From assembly GCA_951406725.2 (NCBI GenBank), contig OX597814.1, positions 58,466,001 to 58,530,000 on the forward strand: DNA of 64,000 bases. Reading direction: 5' to 3'. This document shows positions 28,030 to 41,716 of this stretch, piece by piece; the first letter of the stretch is position 1; each line of letters begins with the position of its first letter. Below the pieces are notes generated by a model. That model worked only from the letters and a program-made list of their open reading frames with translations. It searched no databases and was not told the DNA's origin. A program made the translations under genes and the position numbers. Source of the stretch: Octopus vulgaris (taxonomy: Eukaryota).

Positions 28030-28800
28030 AATTAGCGCATTGCATGCATATAAATATGCCAGCTTTCGCAGAGGAGCATTAGAATAATTGTAGAATTACG
28101 CCCACACACTGCTTCTTGTTTCTCCTCCCTTCCGCCTTCAAGCTTAACTGAAAAGTCGCTCCTCTTACAAATATAAGTATACCATATCATACCATCCAGT
28201 TTTTATAAAATATAGTTGTGAAAAATCATTTTACATACTGAAGAGAAATTGTTAGAGAGGAGAAGCCAAGTATCCATTCCTTCAATCATGTTAATAATAT
28301 TACCTTTTTAAGCCATCAGGACTGCTTTTCTTGTTAATAATTCGGGTCCCTTTTTACTATATACTTGATTTGTAACCGAATCATTCTTACGGGCTTTAAT
28401 AATTAATCGATATAATTCCATATGTAGTTATCTGTACATACTGATGCGGAGAAACGTGGAGAGTAGCAATACATACTCTGTGGATTTCAGACAGTTTGGT
28501 CTGATGAGAGTGACTTATTGTAGAACTTATCCTGAACTAGTAGCCCTTCTCGTAGTGATAGTATCGCTACATCAGATATGTTTAGAAACTGGTTTTAAAA
28601 GTTTAGACCTCAGAATCTTCAGGAAACACTACTGAGAATATGTCATATGAAAACGTTTCCTAGATCATCAGTAAAGGCCCAGCAAGCCGTACTTTCCAAT
28701 AGAAAAAAGCACCTATGAGTATCTGAAATATCAAATGCCCTCCTCGGTGGCAGCATTGACGAAGGTTTCAGGTTAGTGAAACAGATGAACTGTGGAAGAA
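28030..28800 (+). mobile_element. Possible decayed Penelope-like element end with degenerate hammerhead motifs
   Basis: ggtCTGATGAg...GAAActgg..agtttagacc (28498-28609) and tTGACGAagg..GAAAcag..ctgt (28756-28795). Upstream sequence only loosely resembles a GIY-YIG C-terminus. Confidence 0.3.
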
Positions 28801-28879
28801 AAAATAGTCTATTCACCGTCGATGAATTTATGAAGAAGTCGCAGCATTAGTGCTCGTCTGGTACTAAACAACTTAAACT

Positions 28880-29100
28880 GAACATATGCAATGTCCAGAA
28901 CTTGCTACCATATAACAAGTTTACATATTTGTTCTAGTTAATTTATGCACATTTCATAACCTCCTATGTTTTAATTTGCTTCGTGTCACCTCGATAATTT
29001 TGAAACAGTGCCTATCGTCTGCATTTTTTAGACACCACGCAACTGCTCAGATGTTCCAGCCGAAGGCCTGTTTAACTCCATCACTTTCATGAGAAAAAGT
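28880..29100 (-). mobile_element. Possible RTE-clade LINE relic
   Basis: The minus strand reads LLYGSKFWTL, matching the RTE LLYGSETWTL motif. Little else is readable. Confidence 0.35.
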
Positions 29101-30129
29101 ATTTTAATCTCGTAGTACAGTAAGATGCCTGGAAATATTATGAGACTATCATAGAAAATAATTTCTGCATAAGGTTATTAACTACAGAATAACATGCATA
29201 CACACATACATACCGGATTGAATGGTACCGCCGCATTGAATGCTACAGCCCAGGTGTCGAAACCATAGTGATATCCGTGGGGCAGCTGATGATGGGGATG
29301 TGTTAGGTTGGTATAGCTGTTATTGTACGTGCAAAATAGTTTAATTTATGGCTTAGTGTGAGAGAGGAAGGCAGAGCATATCCGTTAGATGATATTTAGG
29401 TCAGTTGTAAGAAGAGAAGAAATTGTCTCAGGTTTAAAGATATATTTCAAAAACTTTCTACCTCCCACAAAACCAGTGTTGGTGCTAATGATCACAAATA
29501 TAGTGTCACTATTGTATATTTAAGTATCATTATGGAAATGAACAAGTTATTACTATAGAGTTCAGAGTTCCTTTTTTTCAAATTATTCCCGAGGAGTAAA
29601 ATGGCAAGTGGTCCCCTCTCCTCCGTACGTTTCAGGCTACAAGAACACTTGATTGCCGGTACTCCATAGATTTAATTCTATAATTTCCACAATTCAGGGT
29701 GGCAAAAGTCGCTTCATGTATAAGAAGTAGCATTTACTGTATTCTTGCATTTCTTTCTTTCCCAGTTTAGCAAAATGTCGAATATATAATTTGGTTATAT
29801 AACTGACTACTTGCCTTCAACAGGAATATACATAAAAATTTGACATGAGGAGCACTAGTCAAAGTAATTATCCGAGAAGAAAAGACGTGGTGATGGGGTC
29901 GTATAACAATATATTTATAACGAAACACACAGTTTAGACTATTTTAAGAAACCATGGGTAATAAAATCACTCTGTGTAAAATCTGTTTATCTTTGGTTAA
30001 AATAATCTGTGATGACTTTTCTTACGCCTCTTCGTGAAAGAAGAGCTTATTTTCAGATGTTTGAAAACCACTCAGGTTGCCACATTTGCTGCGGCTAATT
30101 CAAAGAAAATAACGTAAGAATCTACAATA

Positions 30130-30132
30130 ACA

Positions 30133-30199
<67 letters not shown>

Positions 30200-30255
30200 T
30201 TGCTGCCACTGTTGCTGCAGCTACCACTGCTGCTGCTACTGCTATTGCTGCTGCC
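30130..30255. repeat. (CTA)n(CTG)n microsatellite
   Basis: Directly visible. Confidence 0.95.
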
Positions 30256-31369
30256 ATTTGCTTAAATGTTATTTTATTCATTTCTATTCCATCATGTTTT
30301 ACATTTAAGCATTTCCTAATAGTTAAAACGTTGAAATAATAAGCAACATACCGGCATAACTAAAGCTATAAAGCGTATCTCACTATTAAAGAAACCCAGT
30401 TAAGTCACTAAAGTATTTATCAAAGTTTAATATATTAATTAAACTTTCTGACCTTTAAGATATTTTAGTGGATATTTATTAGACTTCAGTTCAACTATAA
30501 ACAGTTTTCAAGCATTATCTATTAATTATCCTAATCTTTCGTCTATTAAGTTTACTCAGTAATCAAGACATCAATAAATATGTAGCAAACTTTAACCATC
30601 CATAAATATTATCAATAAATCGATAGTAAGTATACATTATGATAAGCTTATAATAATATTTGTTATATCTCAACACTTAGTATACAGATAAAATATTTTA
30701 GATATTGGTATATAGATGTAATTAAGCTACAACATCCAGTTTATTTATATGTTTTCTTTACATAATGATTCTAAGACACAGCATTTTCAAAAGCATGCGA
30801 TGCAACCTGTACTTGCTGAAAGTTGAGGTCAAATATATATTCATAGTTAAATAAAATTGGAGTCAAAACCTTGCAAAATGTTATGCAAAACTGTTCCACA
30901 GTTATTGGCTGCCAGATATAATCATACATTGAAAATGTTCCTGCTACTGGATACGTATGAGGAATTTCACAATATCTGTCGAATTTATTTAAATAAATAA
31001 ATAAATTGTATAAAATGAAATAAATGATATTCTTTATTTAAAATCATTTAGAATTGTTTCTAGACATTTTTTACACTGCTAGTACATTGATGAGATGTGT
31101 AATCATTATCATTAATCTTAATCCAAGGTGCAAAGTTCACCCTAAGATCATTGCTTGAATAAGTATTTCGTTAGACACCATCGTCATTTCACACAGAATT
31201 TTTCGGCTAGTGATCTATTTTACGCTTTGACTTCAAAACTCTGGTGGAACTGCTTTGACTTTCATGTATTCAGGGACGATAAAATATAGAAACGTTGAAA
31301 TACTGGATCGATTTTATCGACCAGTTCCATTTTGGTAAATTTGTGTCTAGTGACTATATCGTGCGCATA

Positions 31370-32025
31370 TGTGTATGTATGTATATATGTACGTATGTAT
31401 GTATGTATGTATGTATGTATGTATGTATGTATGTATGTATGTATGTATGTATGTACGTACGTAAGGATGGATGGATTGCTGGAAGTATGGATGGATAGAT
31501 AGATGTGTATAGTAAGGTAGGTATTTTGGTAGATAAGTTGGTAGGTAGGAAGGTAGGAATATACGTAGGTAGGTATGTTCATAATGAAATAACATTATAC
31601 TTAATTACATATATAAGAATATACTGTGTGTATATAAAGAGTTCCTTCCTGCTCTAATGTGAATATCTGATAGCCAAATGTTATGTCATGTCAAGTGCAA
31701 CGAAGTAATATTTCAATAAAGACTTCTCGGCATCATTTTTTTCATGCGCCTCTTGATTTCCTGTTCCGTTAGATAAATATCAAAACATTATCTGAAAACC
31801 AATATTTTCACGCCCTAGTGTTTACGAAGAAAACGAAAGGAAAAAAGGAAAAAAGGAAACAAATATAACACTCCTTTAAAAGTCCTCATCAGAAAATACA
31901 GCGCTGTTATGATATATATATATACGCGTGTGTGTGTGTGCATGTATGTGTGTGTATGTGTGAGTATGTGCGTATGTGAGTATGTGTATATACATATATA
32001 TATATATATACACACATATATATAA

Positions 32026-32076
<51 letters not shown>

Positions 32077-32109
32077 CATATACATAACACACATATATAT
32101 ATATATATA

Positions 32110-32195
<86 letters not shown>

Positions 32196-32352
32196 TGGAG
32201 AGTTAGACGTTGGAATAAAAAAAGTGTATAAGTCAATTGTTGTTGATCAATATTTCTCCATTTTCTCTTTACCTTAAATTTATACAATATATATATATTT
32301 ATATATATGTATATGTATGTATCTATCTATCTGTCAATCTGTCTGTCTATTT

Positions 32353-32419
<67 letters not shown>

Positions 32420-32420
32420 A
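31370..32420. repeat. (TATG)n, (TA)n and (CT)n microsatellite field
   Basis: Tracts at 31370-31460, 31910-32190 and 32357-32417. Confidence 0.9.
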
Positions 32421-32814
32421 TTTCCTTTCATTTGTTTTATTTTTCTTGAAATACAGTGTGGAATATGCCCATTCATTTTTATTTTGCGGTTGTTTTCTGT
32501 CTGTTTTTCTTTTCGCTATGTGTTTACTAAAACCCCTAAGCTGTCAAAGAAGATTGAATGCATTACGAATGATATACAGTAAATGTTCAGTGAGTAAACG
32601 AGGAAGGTAAACAAGTAAATACTAAATACTGAAGCGTGAAAAAAAAATGTCTGAATGAAGCGGGTGACGCACAGATCAAATAAATAAGAAGTGAAAATGT
32701 GTAAATAAACTTAAAGGAAACAAAAATCAATAAACATCAATGTAGATTTTGTTCAATAGAGTATTCATTTAGAATATGAAGTGATCCTTTATGTTAAATC
32801 ATAGACATAAGTAG

Positions 32815-32818
<4 letters not shown>

Positions 32819-32879
<61 letters not shown>

Positions 32880-32883
32880 TAAA

Positions 32884-32950
<67 letters not shown>
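32819..32950. repeat. (TAA)n tract, left flank of an R4/Dong-like insertion
   Basis: Directly visible. Confidence 0.95.
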
Positions 32951-32953
<3 letters not shown>

Positions 32954-33208
32954 GGAAAACTAAATCAGTAACTAAAAGGAAAACTAAATCAGTAACTAAA
33001 AGAAAAACTAAATCAGTAACTAAAAGGAAAACTAAATCAGTATACCAAACTAAAAGGAAAACTAAATCAGTATACCAAACTAAAAGGAAAACTAAATCAG
33101 TATACCAAACTAAAAGGAAAACTAAATCAGTATACCAAACTAAAAGGAAAACTAAATCAGTATACCAAACTAAAAGGAAAAAAGGAAAACTAAATCAGTA
33201 TACCAAAT
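32949..33208 (+). repeat. Tandem array: 3 x 24-bp plus 5 x 30-bp units plus partial copies
   Basis: taaaaggaaaactaaatcagtaac at 32949, 32973 and 32997 (last copy has one mismatch); taaaaggaaaactaaatcagtataccaaac at 33021, 33051, 33081, 33111 and 33141; a 10-bp stub at 33171; the final copy at 33181 runs into unique sequence. Confidence 0.95.
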
Positions 33209-33647
33209 CGCTTGTCCTATGGTTAATCTGGAAGCGCGTCCCCCAGGGAAGAGCCAGCCTGGGATCGAAAAGTCATCAACTGGCACAAACTCTTCTCCGA
33301 ATACGGACATGGATGGTCACTTGAACGGTAAATCCCCCAACTCGAGCCCTCCAAGTTCACCACCACAACCACCACAGAAAGAAACATGTAAGCGGAACAA
33401 ATGGACCCGAGAAGAGTATAAAGAAGTAATATACGCTTATTACTATGCATTAGGTAGGCCATCTCAAGAGAGACACACCGCAAACTCATACAGTATATGG
33501 AACTTTAAAAAAAAAAAAAAAAAAAATGAACGAACTACTGAGTTTGGTTTAATGGCCTACCAATATACACTATGAGTTTCTTTGCCCTAGGAGTCGGGAA
33601 GACACTCGGCAAGAAATGGAAGAAAATTTGAAAGAAGAAAAAAAAAA

Positions 33648-33650
<3 letters not shown>
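33181..33650 (+). mobile_element. Internally deleted R4/Dong-like non-LTR element (ORF start fused to 3' UTR) inserted in (TAA)n
   Basis: The ORF from 33219 contains KRNKWTREEYKEVIYAYYYAL, resembling the R.KWT N-terminal motif of R4/Dong ORFs. It breaks at ~33500 into an A-run and a UTR with a CCTAGG hairpin, then returns to (TAA)n at 33649. Confidence 0.7.
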
Positions 33651-33731
<81 letters not shown>

Positions 33732-33757
33732 GCAACAACAACAATAATATAAAGCAA

Positions 33758-34430
33758 TAAATTATCTCGTTTCGGGATGTCCTGTACTGACACCAAATGA
33801 ATTTAAAAATTACCATGAAAGAGTAGAACACTATTTACATTGAAAAATATCTAAAAACTAGAAAATCTGCACTCCTGCTTACTGGCATCAACATCATTCT
33901 GAGCAAGTTGTTCAAAGTGAAAATGTCACTATTCTCTGTGATTTTTCGGTCAACACCAGCAGAACGATCCTGGCTAATCGACCAGATATAATAATTAGAG
34001 ACAGCAGAACAAAATACTTGTAGACGAATAGATGTAAGTGTTCCTACTGATAAAATATATCAGTAAAGGAATTTGACAAATTATGTAAATATATGGACCT
34101 GGAAATTGAAATACAAAAGATGTGTCATCGCAAATCGGCAACTGTTCCTGTTATTGTGGGTGCTATTGGGATAATGAGAAAGGTATCTCAAAAATAACTT
34201 GGTATAATCCCAGGAGAACCATGTCTCAGAGATATCCAAAAGATTGCGCTGACAAGTACTGCCCACATCCTTAGGAAAATCCTATCAATTTAAATGTATG
34301 TGTTACTACCCCTGTCACATTCCCTCTCCAAGCTTTCAGTCATACTGTAACATCTATTATCCTTCACTCGTCCTAGGACGCTGGGTTGTGTTGGCGAGTG
34401 ATTGTAACAAACGTGCAGATTAAAAGTAAA
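33758..34430 (+). mobile_element. 5'-truncated R4/Dong-like element: zinc knuckle end, REL endonuclease, 3' UTR
   Basis: Pieces YLVSGCPVLTPNEFKNYHERVEHYLH, ENVTILCDFSVNTSRTILANRPDIIIRD, IDVSVP, KEFDKLCKYMDLEIEIQKM, VPVIVGAIG and IQKIALTSTAHILRKILSI* (stop at 34291-34293). The frame is broken by stops and frameshifts. Confidence 0.88.
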
Positions 34431-34444
34431 TCTCTCGTGGCATT

Positions 34445-34922
34445 TGATCTTAACTAATTGGGAGTGTTATCATGTGCATTATTATATGCTTAATACCAGA
34501 TATTTGCTTGTCAGTTGATTGGGCTTAAATAGTTGAGCATGTCCCTTAGTGGCTGATGATCTGTGCATCTCTGATCACGAGCAGAAATACTGGTGGATTA
34601 TCATAACCATGTGTTGAGAGGAATTCTACGAGATTTGAATAATTCATCTCCGGAAATATGGTTGTTTGTTCACCATCTTTGAACAAACTTCAGGGATCTT
34701 TTGAGCAGAATGGGCTAATCATCCTAGAGAAAATTCTCACTAGGTCCCACCTGCAAGGTCATGCGCTGTTTATCTTGATATAAGATCACCATGTCGCGTA
34801 CATATGGTTATGAATCCTGTGCCTGGTGTTCTCTTATCAGACGGGTAGTCATCTTGGGCATAGTGGGCTTCGCATATCTTACTCCAGTGTCACCTTCATG
34901 ACATGCACTGCTCTCTCACTCA
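34445..34922. mobile_element. Interspersed repeat of undetermined class (second copy at 63440-63745)
   Basis: gaaaattctcactagg..cacctgcaaggtc..ttgatataagatcaccatgtcgcgtacatatggtt..tatcagacgggtagtca..ccagtgtcac is shared with the copy near the window end. It abuts an (AAT)n tract. Confidence 0.75.
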
Positions 34923-34991
34923 ATAATGATGATGACGATGATGATAATAATAATAATAATAATAACAATAATAATAATAATGATGATGATG

Positions 34992-35049
<58 letters not shown>

Positions 35050-35065
35050 TAATAATAATAATAAT

Positions 35066-35400
35066 TGCGTAATCCACCACTGTCGGCCGGATAGTGTCAT
35101 ATTGAATAAGAGAGACATATACTGCCAGACTATTGATGTAGCCATACCAAATGACATGAATGCTGTGACTGAAGAGGTTGAAAAAATCACCAAATACTCC
35201 GAATTGGAAGTGGAAATGGCAAGACTGTATGGAATGCGAGAGGTTAATGTAAAAGTGAGACCAGTAGTGATCGGAGCGTTGAGCTCAATCTCTTCTTAAG
35301 GCAACTGGAAATCTCATGCACGGTTGATGTCTTGCAAAAAGCAGACATCGCACATCTTATTTTTGTGACTTGGCAGATGACTAAAGACTCCGGTGCATTT
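35066..35400 (+). mobile_element. R4/Dong-like REL endonuclease fragment between two (TAA)n tracts
   Basis: VIHHCRPDSVILNKRDIYCQTIDVAIPNDMNAVTEEVEKITKYSELEVEMARLY..VRPVVIGALSSI, then LQKA. Flanking tracts are at 34922-35065 and 35425-35646. Confidence 0.85.
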
Positions 35401-35433
35401 TTAGCTACACTGTATTACGAAGGAATGATGATG

Positions 35434-35612
<179 letters not shown>

Positions 35613-35644
35613 CAACAACAAAAACAACAACAACAACAATAATA

Positions 35645-35853
35645 ATCCTTTCTACTAAAGATACAAGGCCTGGAATTTGTGGGAGGAAGATAGTCGATTT
35701 CATCGACCCTAACACTTGTCTGTTACATTATCGACTCCGAAAGGCTGAAACGCAAAGTGGACCTCGGCGAAATATGAACCCAGAAAGTAATGATGGACGA
35801 AATACCGCTAAGCATTTCACCCGGCGTGCTAGCGGTTCTGCCATCTCGCCGCC
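35645..35853 (-). mobile_element. Near full-length SINE family A
   Basis: The reverse complement reads ggcggcgagatggcagaaccgctagcacgccgggtgaaatgcttagcggtatttcgtc..tctgggttcatatttcgccgaggtccactttgc..ccttgtatctttagtagaaaggatt, and its tail merges with (TTA)n. Confidence 0.85.
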
Positions 35854-36385
35854 GTATATATAATAATAATAGTAAAAGTGGCATGCCTATGCCCAAATCT
35901 TGTATAAATTAGAGCCCCAGAAAGTCTGCGGTTGAATAAAATACGTGAACCGATAACTAGATAATAATAGTAGGAACAAAAATTACAATGAGTTTTAACT
36001 AACAGAAATGATGGTGTGACACAGTTATATAATGGTAACGTAACCGCGCAGTTGGCGCTTAACATCTAGGCTCCGTAAAGATGAAAGGTAAAAAAATTAA
36101 CAGAACAGAAAATTCAAAACTACAAGATAAATGATAATAGAAATGATGATGGTCAGAATGATCACAATGATAATGAAGATAAAGATTTATGGAAACTGTT
36201 TTATCATCTACAGATCAATGGCACTATCGATTTTTTCTTCACAAGTAAACTGACGCAAAAATTGCCATTCAGATAGAGACGTAGACACACCGAACATACG
36301 TACATATAATCCTCATACGGGCACTACTTACTCGTGCATGCATGTATATTTTTATGTATGTATGTACATACGTACATACATTTGC

Positions 36386-36494
<109 letters not shown>

Positions 36495-36870
36495 TGTATG
36501 TGTGTGTGTGAATATGGGTATACTCCGGAACACATACTTTTCTTAATACTTAATAAATTATTCGCCTGCATATGATTAATATACGAGTGTAATGTTGTGT
36601 GCGGTTGTGTGCGAGTTTGTCAATTAATGTGTGTTAGTATGTGCACCTGTGTGCGCGCCTGCGAATACACAAATATATATGTACGCACAAGTGCACGTTG
36701 ATATAACATTTATTGAGCGTTTGTCATACGCATTTTAATCTTTGCCTTTTACTTCATACTGCGAATTATCTACACAGAATGTCTATGTATAGGTCATTAC
36801 GGCGTCGTCGTCATCCTCCTCCTCATCATGATCATCAACAGCAGCGTAATTATCACTATCACAGCCATGC

Positions 36871-37080
36871 TTTTATTCTTTTATTTGTTTCAGTCATTTG
36901 ACTTGAGGCCATGCTGGAGTCCCGCCTTTTCTCGAACAGAACGACCCCAGGACTTATTAGTTCGAAGCCTAGTACTTATCCTATCGATCTCTGTTGTCGA
37001 ACCGCTTAGCTACAGGGACGTAAACACACCAACATCGGTTGTCAAGCGATAGTGTTGGAGAACAAACATTGACGCACAAC
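36871..37080 (-). mobile_element. SINE family C, 3' part
   Basis: tttgtttcagtcatttgac..ggccatgctggag..ctagtacttatcctatcg..gaaccgcttagctacagggacgtaaacacacc; homologous to 53821-54000. Confidence 0.8.
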
Positions 37081-39486
37081 ATCGCTCTATAACAACGTCC
37101 AATAATCTGGTCGATTCGGTGATACGACGATACATATTTATATCTATGTCTACACAACGTAGCCTGTACACCATTTGGTATTCGTTAATGAAAGGACGTG
37201 ATGAGGCACCAATATATCACTGGATTAGAGACACATTCACTTGTAGGACAAGTTCACCACTCTGTGTCTGAGTGTCTGGCCGTTGTTCTGGTTGTCTGGT
37301 TATCTGTCAATCACACAGTATCTATCTTCAAAAAGTGGTTTCAAATTTAGGCACAAGGCCAGCGATTATTGATATTTAAAAGAGTTTAAATTATCTTAGT
37401 ACCGTTGCTTATAATTAGCAGTAGCTGCCACATAAACTATAGCAGAGTGTTACTGTCTATCTAGGGCCAAGCACATATATACTAAATTAAATATTTTGCC
37501 GTAGGCTTGTAATGCACAATTATTTCGTATTTCGAAGTTAGAATTCAAGTTATTTAGTTTAGGGTTTTTTTCTATTAAATATATCTTTAATAGTGAAATA
37601 TTATTTTCATATATTGAATGATTTAGTTTTAATAAGTATTATGATACTTGCAATAAAATTATTGAGCATGGTACCAGTCATCACTGGTTTCTAGCTCCAA
37701 TTTAAAAATCAAGCTGTTATGTAATTTAGTAATATCCATACAGAATACTATAACCACGATATCATTTAACACAGAAAAGTGGATATCATGTCCAAGAAGA
37801 AAGATTTCAAATTCCGTTGACAATTAAAATTCTGATCCTTCGGTCGCTGATCATGAAATTCGCTTTAACTTGAGCTTTGAAATCAGGCCACACACACTTA
37901 GACACACATGCACACACACACTTAGACACACACAAATTCTTTTATGTGCGTGAAGTAATACTATAACATTTCCTCAACTCTAATAAGCTAAATGTAGTAC
38001 TACTTCTGCAATGGAAGGTAACCATAACACTTAAAGCCACTATGTCTACCTAATAATTGTAAAAGAGCAGAACAATCAGCACACGTGAGGCTTTATAACT
38101 TGTATGACTCGACACATTCAATCTATTTTCTCCTTACTTTACACAAATCTATATTAGAGCAAGATAATTGTAATAAAGTGGAAATATATTGCATACTAAC
38201 TTCAGCTTGCAATGATAGCATTGCAGGTAAAGACGATTGATTGTTTATGCATCAAAAGAGAAGAACAATGGTGCAGCATAATGTTATAATTAGCTATATC
38301 CAAGGTAATCGAATGCACAATTTAATGCAGTACACAGAATAATACACGTGCAATAAAATGTATTATATTCTCAGTAACCTTTCAACTATAGGTATTGTAT
38401 ATAGGGAAGTATATATTTTGAAAGATATCATATTCCATTCCTTTCTAATACAGTAGCGTAAACAATGCGCATAGCTGAGCAAAAGTATTTGTTTCAGTTT
38501 CAACAATTAGAAACGCATTCATTTTCGTGACAATTGATTCTTCTGCCAAATTAATCAAGTAACTAATTTGGATTTAAGCAGGTTTAAAACTGGCACATAA
38601 TCTCGGCTTTTCAGGAGATTATATTTTCGTATATTAATGCATGTCACTATAAGTGAATATTATGAATAAATTTGTATTGAAAATAAATCAGATCGTCTGA
38701 AATAAAACTCGAATATAGTACTAAATTCGGTGGGAAATATTAGCACAGAATAAACCTGAATTGTGCCAAACATCGGTAAAATAGGTAATCAGGTAATATC
38801 GTATAAATGTATTTGTTGTACATTAAAAAATATATTTAATGCAAAAAAACCTTCATATACATTTGGTTTCCACCAAATAACCTCAGCCTCGTAGTTAAAG
38901 ACAGAAATACAGAACAGGTTTTAAATGATCAGCGGAAGGCCCAGAGACGGACATAGACGCCACTCTAGGAAAAATAAGAAACACATTGATTAACAAAAAA
39001 AAAAAAACGTTCCACCATATAGTATACGTCTAAGGTACGTGAACAACATCAGCTCAGCTTCTCAAGTATTCTGCAGAGTAACATCAATGAAAACGTCACC
39101 CTTAACAAATCTCCAGTAGTCTAACAATCGATCACCAACCCATACAGTTTTTCCACTGTAGATAGAACAACGAAGATCATCATGGATTTATCATGTGAAC
39201 AAACAGTTTTACTTTCTCTTCCTGAACGTCCCACGCATAATAAATATGAATGAAGTTAGTCATTTGTGTATTAATATTTCAGTAGGATATTTTTTATACT
39301 CTATTATTATTCTTGAATGGAAACGAATTTTAGGGCAATTAGCCAAAGTGTTTTCCCATATCTCAGTCTCTCTCCCCCTGCCTCTCTCTTTCTATCTATC
39401 TGTGCATTTATCTATCTATCTATATACATATATATATATATATACATATGTGTGTGTGTGATTGTGTATAAATGGAGAGAGAGAGA

Positions 39487-39529
<43 letters not shown>

Positions 39530-39637
39530 GCATGACTGAGTGGGTGTACATGTGTGCCTGTAATTGCTTGAGTATGCGTGTCTGTATGTGTTTGCGGATG
39601 TAGTGTATATATGTGCGCGCGCGTGTGTGCATATATT

Positions 39638-39681
<44 letters not shown>

Positions 39682-40580
39682 CCTTATGTAGGTACTTCTT
39701 TTGGTATGTATATATATATGTAAATTGATGATTGTTTTCAGATTGGATTGGAATTTATTTCCCTAAAAATAGTTGTGCAGAAACAGCATTCTGACATTTT
39801 TCAGTCGATCGAATTTATGTTTTCCTTTTGTTTGATATTTGTTATTTTGTATTTGCGCATATACTTACACCATCCAGTCACTTTCCTCTTTCCTCTCTTT
39901 TTCTCTGTAGACACAAATATACACGCACGCACGCACATACACACACGCAAGCATACACGCATGCACACATACACAGGCATATTCAATATGATTGGAACAT
40001 GTTAAATTTTCGATATGACCGCTGTGGTCTTTTTTCAAAGTACACTATATAATCCACAGCAACCGTACTAATTTGACTTTGTAAATAGCAAGTGAATTCA
40101 TTGTCCCTGTGAGAATATTCGATTTCACCACAGTTTAACTACTAAACCTATAGTGAATTTGATTCACTAAACATTTTCTCGTGTTCAGATGGTTTCAGTA
40201 TAGTACATGTTCGCTGTATTCATCTCTCCGCAATGCAGAATTAATAGACAACAATTACAAGCCATGAGTGTTCGTTCCTTTCATACACTCGCACGAACGC
40301 GCGCCCAAATACAGACACAGACACACATACACACAGAAACACACACTTATTTGATGATACAAATAGCAGAAATATATCTTCATATTTAAGAGGTAGCATA
40401 CTTTACGATTTAGCTATAAATCTAAATAATATAGTCTATAAAACATTTATTTCGCTAAGTTTAACACACAATACTCTCGAACATTCAATCATTTATATGG
40501 TTTTACAATTCTCTTTCCCTGTCTTTTCTTCTCTATCACTCGGTCGCTCTGTCTATCTATCTAATCTCTGTCTCCTCAAC

Positions 40581-40611
<31 letters not shown>

Positions 40612-41659
40612 AGTGTGTGTGTGTATACACGCATACGCACGAACAAGCACGCACACGCGCACACTCACACACAAGCCTTCAATTATCTGGATGTTTACCT
40701 CTAAAAACACTGGCGCAATCTGCGATTATCTGAAATTATCTAAAGGAGAATAGCTTTCGAGGAATCTCAAATTTCAAGCAGAAAGCTCTTAAAGCTCCCT
40801 TCTGTTTCGGAGTATAAATATAGGAATGAAAGGAGTGTGAAGTTTTCTGACAATATGATTATTAAATGATTTACAATTGTTTCAGCATATTGCACGCAAT
40901 TCATCGCATGTTGATGAAACAATTATAAACCAAGGAATAAATATAATCCTATCAGCTCCACTCTTCACACATGCGCACAAACACACACACACATATACAT
41001 GTATATATGTGTGTGTGCATAATGTTATACATAGGAATTACAGGGAACCCATAATTGGCGAGACAGATCTATCTCCATGAGTTAATAATATAATAAAGGT
41101 ATTATTGTCCCCAATTTTGCTTACTAAAATAGTAATAATAATAATTTATATTACCCAGAATTATTTAAAGATAATGGTCACTAAACGGCAATAGTTAGCC
41201 AATATGCGCATATACGATTTAGGTTACAAGTCACCTGCAACCCATTTTTAAACTCAATACAAGACATCTCTGGAGCTAAATAATTTATTGATGTACGGAC
41301 ACTTTGTTCACTTGTTCACTTGTCATCCTTTAACTATCATCTTTTAAATCTTACGCAGTTCTTGCAGATTCTTTTTCTCCCAGGTACCGTGATCATTTGT
41401 AGCATATACATTAAGGATTCGAATTCTCTCCTCGACATCCTAATTTCGGCCATACTTGCATGTATATATGTATGTATAGATGCGCGTATGCATGTACACA
41501 TAAATGTGTATATGTATATATATGTATATATATATATGTATCTATAAGTGATTACGTACATATTTGTTATGATATATATAACATATATACGACATATATT
41601 AACTTTTTCGACATATCTACATCAATATATGCACATACATACGCGCATATATGCATAAA

Positions 41660-41716
<57 letters not shown>

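Noticed and set aside
32949-33208. CRISPR array (24-30-bp repeats)
   Set aside because: The repeats are contiguous with no unique spacers, there are no cas genes, and the context is eukaryotic.
34826-35299. 157-aa poly-N plus nuclease ORF as a host gene
   Set aside because: It is a chance in-frame fusion of an (AAT)n tract with a truncated retroelement endonuclease.
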